Source of the DNA: Octopus bimaculoides
Lineage: Eukaryota
Assembly: GCF_001194135.2 (NCBI RefSeq)
Contig: NC_068989.1
Span: 38,197,637 to 38,261,636 of the forward strand
Reading direction: 5' to 3'
Length of the DNA: 64,000 nucleotides
The notes below the pieces were generated by a model that saw nothing but the letters and a program-made list of their open reading frames with translations, searched no databases and was not told where the DNA came from. Each line of letters starts with the position of its first letter. Position 1 is the first letter of the stretch. The translations under genes were made by a program, and so were the position numbers. Shown here in pieces: positions 1 to 13,015 of the stretch.

Positions 1-499
1 GTAATTATATAGAAGAATTGTTTTAAATGACTATATCAACCATTCTTAAAAAAATAGGGCCTAAAACCTAAACGAAATAAAATATTGCAATATGTGAAAT
101 CCATTAGAGTTTTTATCAGACAACATGCATATTAAAAATTCAGCTTGTTGCCATGATTTATGGATAGATTAATTATTTGTAAGTATTAATATCAGAATCC
201 ACCAAAGGCTTCAAATTTAAAGTATTTATCCCAATGTCAAAATGATTTATTATTAGAATATAAAGAAGTTATTAATATAGAGCTGCAAGTGGTTGAGAAC
301 TTGAAAGGGTGAATTAATAGATAAATGCATTTCCCAATGAAATAGATATTTATAACTGCAGTTGATGGCATTGGTCCTAATGTAGTCTCTTGTAACCCAC
401 TGAAGATTTGGGGAATCAATTCAGAGGTGGTAGAGTATTGTTCTTGTTGTTTTCCACTCAAAGAATTTTTAAACCTAAAATTTTAAGCTAATGCAGCAT

Positions 500-655
500 A
501 TTGGTACATATTTACAGATAAGTAGAGTGTGCCAATTGGTGATAAATACTTTTGTCAGAGACATTATTTAGCATTAGAGATGTGGTACATATAACTATTT
601 CTTCAGGAGTGTTGTTAACTAGTGATATGATATATATACCTATTCCATCAGCTGC
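500..655 (-). pseudogene. VPS13D: VPS13D-like relic segment (GIGISLVN.PEE motif)
   Basis: Reads ADGIGI(YII)SLVNNTPEEIV. The extra YII looks like a small TA-type expansion. Resembles the VPS13 motif GIGLSLINKVPEELV; stops follow. Confidence 0.6.
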
Positions 656-779
656 TGAGTATTAGTTATTAATTAAAATTGTGTTCTTTTACACTTTGCA
701 TATTTATTTCTAGTCAGCTTCTAAATGTTTTATCCATTACATATGTTGCCACTTGAATAGCTATCATTCATACTGTTAT

Positions 780-927
780 TAGCAGTGATTGTCAAAGTTA
801 CTCTCAGTTGTAGTAGTCTTTCAGTTAACTCATTGGCAATGAAATTTACTAGTATATTTTTATGTATGAATAACTTTTGTGAAAGTCTCACATGAACCTT
901 GAAAGTGTTAACTTCTCCAGAGCAAAA
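780..927 (-). pseudogene. VPS13D-like relic exon
   Basis: Within ORF 730..945: VRLSQKLFIHKNILVNFIANELTERLLQL, loosely like FINQKMRPGSGMLSIRVIPDGPTRALQI. Position is collinear with neighbouring relics. Confidence 0.35.
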
Positions 928-958
928 CTTACAGGTAACATACATTTATATTGCAGTC

Positions 959-1014
<56 letters not shown>

Positions 1015-1499
1015 CATATATACATAAAGGTGTGGGAGGGGGGGAGAGGGTATACACCCACACACATATAGAGCCAACAGATAAATATGTAAGAAAGTTA
1101 ATTCATTGAAAACGGGCAGCAACTGTTACAATAGTCACTTATATTACATAATACTCTTAACACACTGATAGGTGAAAGAATTAACTCCTTGATAATAGAA
1201 TTTTGAATTAGAATAGTTACATGTAATATTAATAGTGAAGTCTAATTATATTCTGGTATGAATGATGAAAAATCTTTCAGTTTGAATTATAAGAACTTCC
1301 AGAGTAATGAAAGTAACAGAAAGTAAATTGATATTGTGTTTCTTCATCGCTGTTTTGTGAATTTATTGCTGTTTTCTGAATTTATTCAGAAGTAAAATTC
1401 GTTTACTTTTCGAAACTTCTTTCTGTCTCAAGATATAATCTCTAGGAGCTCATGCTTTTTAACATAAGGCTAGCATTTCTAAAGTACAAGACAGGATCT

Positions 1500-1960
1500 G
1501 AAGATATGTATAGATGAAACTAGACCTGAAAAAACCACATGTCTTGGGAAGTGGTCCGGTTTATGTGAAACTTGTGTTATTCTGTTTGTATTCATATTGC
1601 AATGACACCTTACTTTCAAAGCATTTACCCCCATTATATGCTGGTTTGGCTATTTATAAAGGTACCCCAAAAAACTGCATATCTTGGTAACCATGGTCCG
1701 ATTTATGCAAAACTTGTTTAATTCCATTAGTATGCACATGAGCATCCAATTCATGATGTCTCCTGCTTTTGTCTCTTTCCCTCTGTTTTGCCAGATGCTC
1801 ATCTCTCCGAGCATCCAATTACTGGTCTCTTTCCCCCCATTCCACCAGACGCTCAGCCCTTGCTTTATCAGTCTCATTGATCCTTCTATTTGAATGACTG
1901 TCCCGATCTTGGGTAAATATTTTGTAAAGGACCCATTTGTACTTCAGTGTGAAATAATTT
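1500..1960 (-). mobile_element. Helitron-like fragment
   Basis: Charged repetitive peptide ARAERLVEWGERDQ*LDARRDEHLAKQRERDKSRRH. 1540-1650 shares the block tttatgtgaaa..ttattctgtttgtattca with 3540-3580. Ends in CTAG|T on the minus strand near 1510. Confidence 0.45.
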
Positions 1961-2025
1961 TTTGCACAAGTTTTTGCAAGTCCATTCAAATTATCTGACC
2001 TCCAAACCTGTCGCAAGCCACTTTC

Positions 2026-2501
2026 TTCCAGAAAAGAAAGGGGTGGAGGGGGAGGGACCTCAGAGTTTCCCAAGAAACTCTGAGTGTTCCACCAATGGAG
2101 TTTTGTTTCATGGTTTTTTTTTCTTTTCCTGGTTATTTTGTATGTTTTCAATGAATGTGATATCGAAATCACATGTAAACAGCTCCTTTCCCCAGAAAAG
2201 GAAAGATTTGGCTGCTATTTCTAGCACGCCCAGCTACCACGTAACAGTTTTTTCGGGTCCTTTATCACAAATAGCTGTTACGTGGTAGCAGAGCATGCAA
2301 GAAATAGGAGCCAAATCTTTCCTTTTCTGAGGAAAGGAGCCATTTACACGTGATTTTGATGTCACATTCGTTGTAAACAGGTCAAATAAACTGGAAAAGA
2401 AAAGAAAACTCCACGAAACAAAACTCCCTTAGTGGGAAACTTGGAGTGTCCCAGGAAACTCCGAGGTCCCCATTACCCCTCCACCCTTTTCTTTTCTGGA
2501 A
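2026..2501. mobile_element. Foldback/MITE-like long inverted repeat
   Basis: ttccagaaaagaaaggggtggagggg ... cccctccacccttttcttttctggaa; arms ~220 bp; innermost pair gctaccacgtaacag/ctgttacgtggtagc around loop 2248-2274. Confidence 0.8.
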
Positions 2502-2989
2502 ANNNNNNNNNNNNNNNNNNNNNNNNNNNNNNNNNNNNNNNNNNNNNNNNNNNNNNNNNNNNNNNNNNNNNNNNNNNNNNNNNNNNNNNNNNNNNNNNNN
2601 NNNNNNNNNNNNNNNNNNNNNNNNNNNNNNNNNNNNNNNNNNNNNNNNNNNNNNNNNNNNNNNNNNNNNNNNNNNNNNNNNNNNNNNNNNNNNNNNNNNN
2701 NNNNNNNNNNNNNNNNNNNNNNNNNNNNNNNNNNATTGCACTCGAAAAAACCTGTGGAAAAAAATTATTTCACACCAAAGTATGAATGGGTTCTTTACAA
2801 AATATTTACCTTTCTAAAGTCATTTTCACTTAGAAATATTTTTTAAATATGCCAAAAAATTTTTGTAATGGTATTCACTTGAAAATAATTAAAATAAAAA
2901 TTAAAATAGTCTGTTTAAAGAAAGCAAAAATATAAATATAAATACTTATTGTACAAACAACTTGTATTTTTGAAATCACATTCATCATC

Positions 2990-3243
2990 ATCATCATCAT
3001 CATCATCATTTAACGTCCACTTTCCATGCTGGCATGGATTGGACGGTTTGACTGAGGACTGGCAGGCCAGGAGGCTGCACCAGTCTCCAATCTGGTCTGG
3101 CAAGGTTTCTACAGCTGGACACCCTTCCTAACGCCAACCACTCTGAGCATGTAGTGGGTGCTTTTTATGTACCACCAGCACAGTGTCTAGTCAGACAGTG
3201 CTGGCATCAACCACACTCAAATGGTGCTTTTTATGTGCCACCA
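2990..3243 (-). mobile_element. 3' part of a (CAT)n-tailed SINE-like repeat; related pieces at ~4600-4710, 9930-10075, 12570-12700, 48165-48280, 51335-51410, 52572-52640
   Basis: (CAT)n followed by ttaacgtccactttccatgctggcatgg...cccttcctaacgccaacc; these blocks recur in either orientation across the window. Confidence 0.7.
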
Positions 3244-3289
3244 AAAAGTATTTCTAAATGATTAAAATATTGTGTTTAACAAAAGCAAA

Positions 3290-3675
3290 AATAGAAACAT
3301 ATACTGTAAAAACAACTCGTATTGTTTCGTTGGCAAGTTAAAGTCACTAAGACTTTTGCCCAGATCGTGAAGTTTGTCTTCAAAATACAGAAGACATTGA
3401 TCATGATGTTTCTTATCGAAGGGTTTGAGTTTCTTCCCTTTCAGGGATATGTTATTTTCAGAGTACTTTCCCATTAGGCACTGTTTAGGGTATTTATGAA
3501 TACTACCAAAACCACCCCATATCTCAGGAATCCTTGCTCCAATTTATGTGAAATTTGTTTTATTCTGTTTGTATTCACATTTCAGGGGTAATTTAATTCA
3601 TATTATTTTCCCATTATGCGCCAGTTAGGCTGCATTAATGACAGACAAGCAATCAGAGTTTTAGTAGTATATAGA
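3290..3675 (-). mobile_element. Helitron 5' end plus internal fragment
   Basis: Minus strand starts A|TCTATATACTACTAAAA (Helitron TC terminus). Peptide CLLYFEDKLHDLGKSLSDFNLPT matches the Helitron RepHel segment IEDKL..GKSLSDFGLP. Confidence 0.65.
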
Positions 3676-3755
3676 TGAGTTACCTTTCCTTAAAATTTTT
3701 GTCCTATCTATTTTGAAAAGATGGTCATTAGCCATTCATTGGAATTGCTACTTAC

Positions 3756-4115
3756 TGTTAAATCCTTAAGTGTGATGTAAACATGAAACCTAATATCATC
3801 TAGGAATACTGAGCCAGAGAGAAATGTGCTTCCTGTAAGCACCACAACACATTGACATTAATTTAGCAAAATTTGAATCAAAAATCTCTACTCTACAATA
3901 TTGAAGTTACAATTATTGTGACTTTATATAAAAATGGTTCTGAACATTTGAATATTCACTTGACTGGCTTTAGCACTTTTGCTGTTTTTACATTTTGATG
4001 TTTTTGCAGTAGTAGAACAAGTGTATGCTGCAGAATCTGTCTCTACTTACTACCACCGTTTATGAGTAAAATATTTAAAGATGATGTAAAATCATTGTAG
4101 ATCTTATTGGAACAA
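3756..4115 (-). pseudogene. Two phase-compatible relic exons (4115-4051 and 3832-3756)
   Basis: Both are bounded by cag acceptors and gtaagt donors. Spliced, they read CSNKIYNDFTSSLNILLINGGRSTFLSGSVFLDDIRFHVYITLKDLT without a stop; GGRSTFLSGSVFL resembles VPS13D GGLSGLFDGAEVVL. Confidence 0.45.
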
Positions 4116-6334
4116 CTGTTGGAAATCCACAAATATATCAATCTTTTGACAGATTTTGCTTTTTTATAGTTGACTCATTCTACTGCACTTAATCACTATT
4201 TAGTTTCAATTTCTAACAGAAGCCATTTTTCTTTGGTCAAAGTAGAAATTTCAGGGCTTCTTGCTTCTTTTCATTAAACATTTTGTTTATTTTGTAAGGC
4301 TTAAACCATTTTTTGTTTTCATTCATATTACTTCCAATCAATACATTAAACTACAAAAAAATAAAAAAAAACAATCTATGAAATTATTATAGAAAATAAA
4401 AGAAAAGAGAAAAAAAATGAATTATTGAAACCTTGCCTCAATGAAGTAGGTTTTGTGTTACCAACAGCAGCTAGTTACATCAGGAAGGAAAAATAGATGT
4501 AATCATTTGTTCTTGGCTATGCCATTGCCATCACTGCTGCTGCCGCTACCACCGCTGTCATCGTCACCATATTCCTTTTCTATTTTTTCTTAAAGCCCCT
4601 CTTTTATGATGATGTCAGTTGGGTGATTTAACAGAACTCCATAATGCTCCAGTGTCTACCTTGGTATGTTTTCTATGGCTGGATGCCCTTCCTAAAGCCA
4701 GACACCTTAAATCCCTTTATTAGATTTTTTAACTTTGTTTTCTCAATTTATGTATTAAAAATCTTTGAAAAATAGGTGCCTTAAAATGGTTTGTTTTGAT
4801 TTGGAGACTATATCTAAAAAATATAAAATCATGAAAAATTAAATTAAAATATGAAAAATTTATAAAAAGCACATTTTTTGAGACATATTTTTAACAAACC
4901 CTTGTAGACTGTCAACTTTGAAATCTTGCTCTTCCACTTCATGCCATTGCTTGATAACACTTTATTATAATTTATTACAACTGCCATATTCTTAAAGAAA
5001 TTCAGATGAAGAATCTTATGTAATCCTATTTTCATGCCTTTATGTTCAGTTTAGATATTGTCTAACTACTATCAAATGATTCCTTTCTTGACACCAGCTT
5101 AAACTGCTTTAATTGTACCAGTCTCATCCTTTCCATTCGCTTACACTTTAGTTATCCACTTTAGTCTATGACTGATATACATAACATTACAGTAACTGTA
5201 TTTTCAGTAGCACACCTTTCATATGTGCTTGCTCTCAAGTTGTTCAAATTCATATTCATAAGGTTTTTATACAATAATATCAGCCCAAGTAATGACTTTC
5301 CTTTCAACATTTTATCAAAATTACTCTGACCTTAAATTCTGTTTAAGCACTTACTGGAATTCCAAACAACTCATATTTTATCTCAGTGATTCCCATTATA
5401 CCAGCTTTTATCATTGAGAACTCCTATCTAGTTGGATCCAACCTCCAGATCAATTTGAGATCAGCTATGATAAATTATTGATTTTCTTTTTAAGCTGACA
5501 ATTACTTATCTTCTAGAGGAGATACAATCAACTGTATTGACTACAACATTTAACTAGAGAATTATTTATCAACCCAAGAAGGACAAAATGTAACAGCTTA
5601 AGATGTTATAGGATTGGCCTATTCTCACTGGTTGGTGAGTAAGTAATAAACTAATATACCATTACAGTGAGAAAGGTATTGAATGACTTACACATAAGTT
5701 CAGTCATTGCTGCTGGTTGGGAAAAACACCTTTTGATAAAAACACAGTATTTATTTTATCAAATTATAAGGATATAAAAAAAAAAGAATTATACCACCAT
5801 TTCTTTGGGTGAGTGGTTAATGATAGAAACAGCATTTAACAAGAATACATCTACTCACACAATATGCATACATATAGTTACATATATGCAAACACACGCA
5901 CAAATATACACATTCATATTTATAAATGCATATACATGTGTGTGTGTGTGTGTGTTTGTGTGTACACATATATGCATGCACATGCATACACAAATACTCA
6001 AATTTCAGAACCACCAGAGCATCACAAACCTCAATAAAGATGTAAAAGAGTAGTAATTTTATAATAACATTTAAAAATTTCTGAAGAGCTGCTATTGTTT
6101 AGTATTTTTATTGCATTACAAAAATAAAAATTAATTAAAATAATATGTAAAAAAATAGTTAAATTATACCACAGCTGAATATTTTGAAGAAAAATACTGC
6201 ATTGAAATTCATATATATTTAGTTGTTGAAGCAAATATATTTCCCATTTGAACTTTAATGATTAAATTAAGCTAATTCTATATCAATTTAGCCATAAAAC
6301 CATTTCTGCAGATCTGACAATTATGGGTTCTTAC

Positions 6335-6530
6335 TTGTAAGGTTTATAAGCGCTTGTCAGGAAATTTGTTGATGTCTAATTTGAAATGTGTCTTTTCTAT
6401 TCTTGTAAAGGTTGTTCCAAGTGAATTCTCACATTGCCTGATCAAACTACTGTCCATAACATTGATTAGCATATAGTTTCTTAGAGTCACAATAAAAGAT
6501 CGATTATTATGAATTGCTTGTTAATTACAT
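6335..6530 (-). pseudogene. VPS13D-like relic exon
   Basis: Strong acceptor tttttatttctctag, then CN*QAIHNNRSFIVTLRN, resembling CIWSGGFEVNKNNSFHINMRD; gtaaga donor near 6335. Confidence 0.4.
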
Positions 6531-6579
6531 CTAGAGAAATAAAAACTTATGCATAGAAACTTTCTCAAATTTTTCCACT

Positions 6580-7430
6580 TTTGCTTTTGATTTTCTTATA
6601 TTTTCCTTTAGATTTGCTTCCTTTTATTCTCTTTTTATAATCCATTTAATCATTCATTCATCATTGTAGTCTTTTTCTTTTAGTTCTCTTTCTTTCATTC
6701 ACTTCTTTTCTATGCTTTTTCGAAGTTACCAATGGACATCTCTCTTCCACACCTCCTAACATGTTCCAACTACAAGTGCCTCTGCCATTAAATTCACTAA
6801 ACCAATGACTGCCAGTTATAGCAACAGTCCTTCCCTTACACATTTTCACTTGCTGAATTATAAATTTATTACTCTTTCATTTTCCCCCCACCCCACACTT
6901 TTCCTTCTTTCTTCTTTTTGTTTCTCACTTTCGTTCTCTTCCATCTTGATTTCTATTCTACATTTTTATCTAATCAGTTTAATTTTTTCCTTTTCACTAT
7001 CTTACTCTCTTTATAACTTATTGCTCTTCTTCCTTTCCCTCTCTCCTTCTCTACCTCTTTTATTGTTCCTCTTCCTTTACTCTCTCTGTCTTTCCTTTTT
7101 ATTCTCTTATTGTTCCTTTACTTTGCCCCTCCCTCATTTGCTCCATTCCCATTATTATTTCCCTTTCTTTTCCTTCTATCTTACTCCCTCTTGTTTTCTT
7201 TTTCACCTTCTCTTCACTTATTCTTTCTCTCTTAGTTTTCTCTTTCTTTTCCACCTCTCTCTCTTTCTCCCTTTTTCTCCATTTTATTTTGTTTACTTCT
7301 TCCTCTATTGTCTTTATCTCTCTCTTGCTCATTTTCGTATTTTTTTTTTCTGTCTTGTTTCCCCCTCACTTTTCATCTTCAATCACAAAATCTCCCAGCT
7401 CTTACACAACACTCTCAGTCCCCACAAAAT
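6580..7430. repeat. Pyrimidine-rich (CT) low-complexity tract
   Basis: ~850 bp almost all C/T; the 209-aa F/L/S ORF here is a by-product of composition. Confidence 0.8.
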
Positions 7431-8490
7431 ATAATTAAACAAAAATAAAAATAGACTTGAAGTATCCACTAGTGTCTGGATAACTATAGCTGCACCATAG
7501 TTTTGAATAGTATGGCTGATAGAGGCCAAATTCCACAATGGGTCATTCTACAGATAACAAAATATCACTGAAGAAGAAGTGAGGCAGCAAGAAGCAAAAA
7601 TTCTGTGGCTCTATTGTTCTGGTTTCAGTAGCTTTTCTTTAAAAGCTCTACTAAATGTCATACTGATGTAAAACTTGCTAATGAACTGTCTTTCTTTTTT
7701 TTTTTTTTGCTATGGCAAAAAGCAAAATTAAATATCACCCTCTATTTGCACCAACACATACACGCACACAAAACATAAATGCATACACATACGCACACGC
7801 ACACACATCAAACATACATATATAGGCCCATGCAAACATACGTATATAGGCAACGAATTCATTCACACTTACAGTCTTTTATGCACATATATATCTATAT
7901 ATTCATGTATACATGGATCCATTGACAAAACTTCTACTCACTTTATTTCATTCCTTCTTCTTACACATTATATATACATACTTTTACATATGTATATGCG
8001 TATTCAGTTATACACTTACACAAATCCCCTTCACATACACAAATCCTCACATTTACATTTGATAACATAGTCTAGTACTCACCACACGCACGTATATATT
8101 TCAAATAAGTATATATACTATAATGACACCATGAACCATTATCAGAATCTATTATTGGCATGGAATGATTTCGACATTGCATGTTTTTAAATTGAACACA
8201 ATCAGCTTGGACAATTTAAAAATTCCTCACACCTACAGAGATAAATCATTCTTAGAATGTTCATCATTTTTTACTTTTTAGCTTTTATAATTTTTGTTTC
8301 CTTCCATTTTATTTTTGAAGTAAATAGAACTTTCCAAAACTTTGATCATTTATTTTAATGACATTTACTGAAAGATTTTATTTTAATTTTGTGCATGTAT
8401 GTATTGGCTTCATTAGGAATTTAAGTGTGTTAATTAAAATTATAATCACAATCAGTATCATCAGCTGCCTTACAGTGTTATCTAGCTTAC

Positions 8491-8760
8491 CTTTTCATTA
8501 CATATCAGATCTTTATAATGAATGTCTTATCTATTATTATATTGTATTATATACATTGTAATTGTTGAAAAAAATTATGTCACTGGTTCCAGGTTCCTAA
8601 TGGAACCAGTTTACTGCATTGGTGACAGTCATAAGGACAGTTATAAGAACTAAGGGAGCATTCGTAATGTGGAATAGAAAAAGTATTGCAAGGGACTTCT
8701 TGCAAATGGAACTGGTTTTGGTTTCTCTTGCTGATGTTTCAACACATTGGTAATATAAAT
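8491..8760 (-). pseudogene. VPS13D-like relic exon
   Basis: FARSPLQYFFY resembles LARSLSPLLFCY; WFH*EPGTS and VYNTI resemble WCQGFSLDGGSG and IYNIG; donor AAG|gtaagc at 8491/8490. Confidence 0.45.
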
Positions 8761-8841
8761 TGGTGAAATATATACATACACATATATATGTACATACACA
8801 CAAACACACACACATATGTACATATATGTATATATATGTAC

Positions 8842-8885
<44 letters not shown>

Positions 8886-9024
8886 ACATATATGTATATA
8901 CACACATATACATACACACATTTATAAATGCATATATATACTCATGCATTTACACACATTTTGCTCTCAATGCTAGCATGGGTCAGAATGGGAAGTACTT
9001 AGGGTAAGAATTTTATGGCTAGAT

Positions 9025-9190
9025 ACCCTGTAACCAAAAATTACTGGATCTTCAAGTAAAGAACTTTTTATTTTACAGAAACTTTAAAATGCAGAGCTAG
9101 TAGGTGGTTTGTTGACAAGGAATATCAACAAACATAACCAGTTTCAGCCCAACAATAAACAGTAGCATTACAGTTTGCAGTTTCCCTACA
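9025..9190 (-). pseudogene. VPS13D-like relic exon
   Basis: Acceptor tttgtag; YSLSTNHLLALHFKVSVK resembles LYDVNRRQLNLTIRIVCR; several stops. Confidence 0.35.
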
Positions 9191-10134
9191 AATGAGGATG
9201 TCACCATTTTTAGCTTAATGCAGATTCTAAACATTCATACATAACACACATACACATGTATGCATATGATGTGCTTCATTCAGTTTTCATCAGCCAAATT
9301 CCATCAGAAGGCAATGGTTGGCCCACAGCTTCAGTAAAAAATACATGCCCAAGCTATCATGCATTGAATTTGAAACTAAATCTAAATGACTGAGAAGTAA
9401 ATTTCTTAACTACACAGTCATACCACTACTTATGCTTGTCTCTCATTTCCCATTGCTCCTGCAGCCCAATGCCACTGTGTCATCTTTCTCTCCTCTCCCC
9501 ACCTTGCAAAATATATAGAGGAGGTGCATTGCCATCCTGCATCTCCTCTATATACTCATGTTCACCACTCACTGCAATTCCTCTTCGCCTCCCTTCTATT
9601 TTCTACTCTTCTTTTGAATGCTTTTGAAGTCCCTCATTCTGTCCAGTCCTCTGTACCACTTCATTTACATTCACCTCCCTGTATTTTGAGAATATGCCCT
9701 GACATCTTCACCCTCATCATCTCTCTCTCCCTCTCCCCCTTTCTCCCCCCCCATTTCTCTCTCATCTGGCTGAATTAGCCATATATCTTCTGTAGAGAAA
9801 GACACCGCTTTCTTGTCCCTCTATCACACTCTAACCTCCCAATAGCTGGCATGAAGCCACCTCCCTCACTACTACTCCCCCTCTCAGTTGAGGGATTCTT
9901 GTCTTGCAAATTACTTGGTGGCCTTGTTAATGCCTGTGCTATGTAAAAAGCAGCCGGCACACTTTGTAAAGTGGCTGGTGTTAGGAAAGTTATCTAGCTA
10001 TAGAACAGATGACTAGGGAGACAGTAGAACCTGATGCAGTTCTCATGCTTGGCAGCTCTTATCAAGCAGTCATAAACATGTATATGTGTGTATATGTATA
10101 TGTGTGTATATGTATATGTGTGTGTGTGTGTGTG

Positions 10135-11369
10135 TATTGAGTAATCCAATAAATAATGCAGATTTTCAATTGCATGAACTAAAAGTTGGAGGGGGAGGGG
10201 CAGGATAAACTACCTGCATCAACTTGCTATACAAGCAGGTAGTAATTTAACCTTATTCTTAGTGCAAGCTTTCAAGAGTGCAGTTCAATTTTAACAATTA
10301 TTTTTTCAAAGCTATAATGAAAGCAACAAAGGAGCATATTCAGCATATTTTGCTTTATGAGTTCAATAAAGGTAACAATACAATGGAAAGTGCAAGGAAT
10401 ATTAATGCAGTATATGGGGATTGGACAAGAAGCCAATGTCAAGAAGATGACCCCCATCCTGGAAGATCTGTAGAGCTCAAGGTGGACGTCCTGCAAACCC
10501 TGGTGGAACAAAATCCCATCATAACTGTTGAGGAACTAGCAGAGAAGCTTGGATTTGGTTATTCAGCCAGTCATTGACAATGTGTGCCATCGGGAAGGTG
10601 AGCAAATTGGGTCAATAGGTTCCTCATAAAATTTCTGAGTCTAATCGCATGCAGAGAGTGAATGTGTGTTCTTCTTTGTTGTCATGTCTCACGAATGAAC
10701 CTTATTGGACCGAATAGAGACTGGTGACAAGAAATTGATTCTCTATAAAAATGTCAAGCACCGAAGACAGTGGGCAGGGAAAGGAGAAACACTGGCACCC
10801 CAGGCTAAAGAAGATTTTCACCCACATAAGGTGTTGTTATCTGTTTGGTGAGATATGAAAGATTTAGTCCACTTTAAATTTTAAACCCAAACCAAATAGT
10901 AACAAAAGAGATCTGCTGTGAGTAGCTTCAGCAGCTTAAGTCAGCACTAGAAGAAAATGACCATCTGTGGTTTCAAGACAAAAGGTGTTCTTCCATCAGG
11001 ACAATGCTCAGCCACATACAGTGAAGATGACACTCCAAATGCTAGAGCCATCTGAATGGGAAATGATGCCCTGCCCACCATATTTGCTGGACATTGCCCC
11101 ATCTGACTATCCTTTATTTTGCAGTCTTCAAAGTCATTTGGATGGAAAAAATATGAATTCTGTAGACGAGGTCAGAACAGTACTGGAGGAATATTTTTTT
11201 GTCATGAACAAGTGAATTTTGGGCCTTGCAAGTCTACCAGGTAGATGGAAGAGCATTGTAGAGAATGAAAAAGAATATATTTTAGATTTAAAAAAAAATT
11301 TCGTTTATCATAATTTTGAAAAATAAAAGAATTATAAAAATACCACATTATTTATGGGATGACCCAATA
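10135..11369 (+). mobile_element. Near full-length decayed mariner (D,D34D) transposon
   Basis: TIRs tattgagtaatccaataaataatgc / cattatttatgggatgacccaata with TA ends; peptides MKATKEHIQHILLYEFNKG and FHQDNAQPH..PPYLLDIAPSDY; stops and frameshifts. Confidence 0.92.
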
Positions 11370-11543
11370 TATTAAAGATTTGTAGGTATGTGATACTTCA
11401 CTATGTAAACACAATATACTATAAGGTATACTAAATATTTTCATAAGTCAGTACCACGTTCTATTGCATCAGCAGTGCTCTTACGTTATTTTGTTAATGT
11501 TATTTCTACAGATATTCCATAGGACTTATAGCCAGCATTGAAT

Positions 11544-11880
11544 TTTGCTACGTTTCGTATTGAGACGTCGAATGTAAACAGACAATGTGATTGTAAACAA
11601 AAGTGGGTAATGAGTGTATATGCCATATTTGGGGGTTTGTTGCCCCTTCTTCGGCATTCATTTAACCCACTATTGCCTCTGAACACATTGCTTACACAGC
11701 CACCGCATACAGTGGCGGCTATACAAGCAATGTGTTCAGAGGCAATAGTGGGTTAGATGAATGCTGAAGAAGAGGAGGCAACAAACCCCCAAATATGGCA
11801 TATATACTAATTACCCACTTTTGTCTTCTATCACATTGTCTCTTTACATCTGACGTCTCAATATGAAATGTTGTAACAAA
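11544..11880. mobile_element. Foldback/MITE-like long inverted repeat
   Basis: tttgctacgtttcgtattgagacgtc ... gacgtctcaatatgaaatgttgtaacaaa; arms ~155 bp; centre near 11700-11720. Confidence 0.85.
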
Positions 11881-12027
11881 CCTTCTGGGTTCTTTTACGG
11901 GGCTTAGAAAAACTGAAGGACTACTGCAATAAGTGTGTGAATCTGAGAGGGGAATATGTTGAATGAATTCAATCCTTCTGTATTTTCTTTTACCTAAAGC
12001 CAGGAACTTTTCAGCATCCCCTCATGT
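11878..12027. mobile_element. Partial mariner-derived MITE; a fuller copy lies in the opposite orientation at 52686-52905
   Basis: ttcttttacggggcttagaaaaactgaagg...ccaggaacttttcagcatcccctcatgta is the reverse-complement match to 52686-52890. Confidence 0.75.
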
Positions 12028-12198
12028 ATGCGTGTGTGCGATATATATAGATATATATATATATGTTAACAATGAGTTTGTGCACAATATCTGTTCACTA
12101 AATTTCACAAGAAATTGGGTCAACCTGAGGCTATAGTAGAAGACACTTCTACGAAGTACAAATTTCTTAACCATACAATCATGCCTGTACTTATACAC

Positions 12199-12411
12199 CC
12201 ATATGATAATAATTGTGTCCCAAAATCATATTTTAACTGTCCATTGTGTGTATCTTGTAGTGTGAGAGCTGAAAATGTGATAGTCTTGGATTGTATTCAT
12301 TCTGTTTCTTGGTTAATACATTATCATTCTCTTTGTGTTCTCTGAAGATGAAGAAATGTGTTCCACTGAATATTATTCTTGTCACTTTTCTACTACCTAT
12401 ACATTTGTTTC
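12199..12411 (-). pseudogene. VPS13D-like relic exon
   Basis: Poly-T + acag acceptor; THFFIFREHKEN and MILGHNYY resemble RFFRFCVAIKKEN and RQPGHTIY; one in-frame TAA lies between them. Confidence 0.45.
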
Positions 12412-12829
12412 CTGTAAAAAAAAAAAAAAANNNNNNNNNNTTGTTTCCTGTAAAAAAAAAAAAAATGAACAAAAGGAATCAAAGTAGTTGTAAGATGAGT
12501 GTCACTGACATACAAGCAATATTCTCCAAGAAAGTACCTGACCATAGGGAAATATTACCTTGCTTGGAAACAAGGTAAGGGTTGGAAACAGGAAATGCAT
12601 CTTGCCACAAAAAAATCTGCCTCAATAAACTCCATGTGGCCCATACAAACATGGAAAAAGTGGATACTAAAAGGATGAAGTTGATGATGATGATGATGAT
12701 GATAGTAGTAGTGTTAGCAATAGCAGCAGCAATAGAAATATCTATATTCTATTACCAGTAAATCAACTAAAATTACTAAAACAACTAGATTATTACTATA
12801 GTTTTATGGTATATTTTTAATGAAACACA

Positions 12830-13015
12830 ATATTCACTCCTAGATGGAACTGCATCAGGGAACAGATGAATAACACAACTTCTCATTCCCTTGGTTTTAA
12901 AACTTTTGCCTTCAAGTCTATGCAACAAACAACTAAAATTATATTATTTTTTAATACAGTTATGCCAGTCCACTTCATTGTAATTGCTAATTCTTATGGA
13001 AAACCATAAACGTCA
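12830..13015 (-). pseudogene. VPS13D-like relic exon
   Basis: LAITMKWTGITVLKNNI...KVLKPRE*EVVL resembles KVITVRSALIVRNRL...AIMPGDSFAVPL. Confidence 0.4.

Noticed and set aside
12405-12465. Direct repeats flanking 10-N gaps (also ~18915-19045)
   Set aside because: Typical unmerged contig overlaps, i.e. assembly artefacts.
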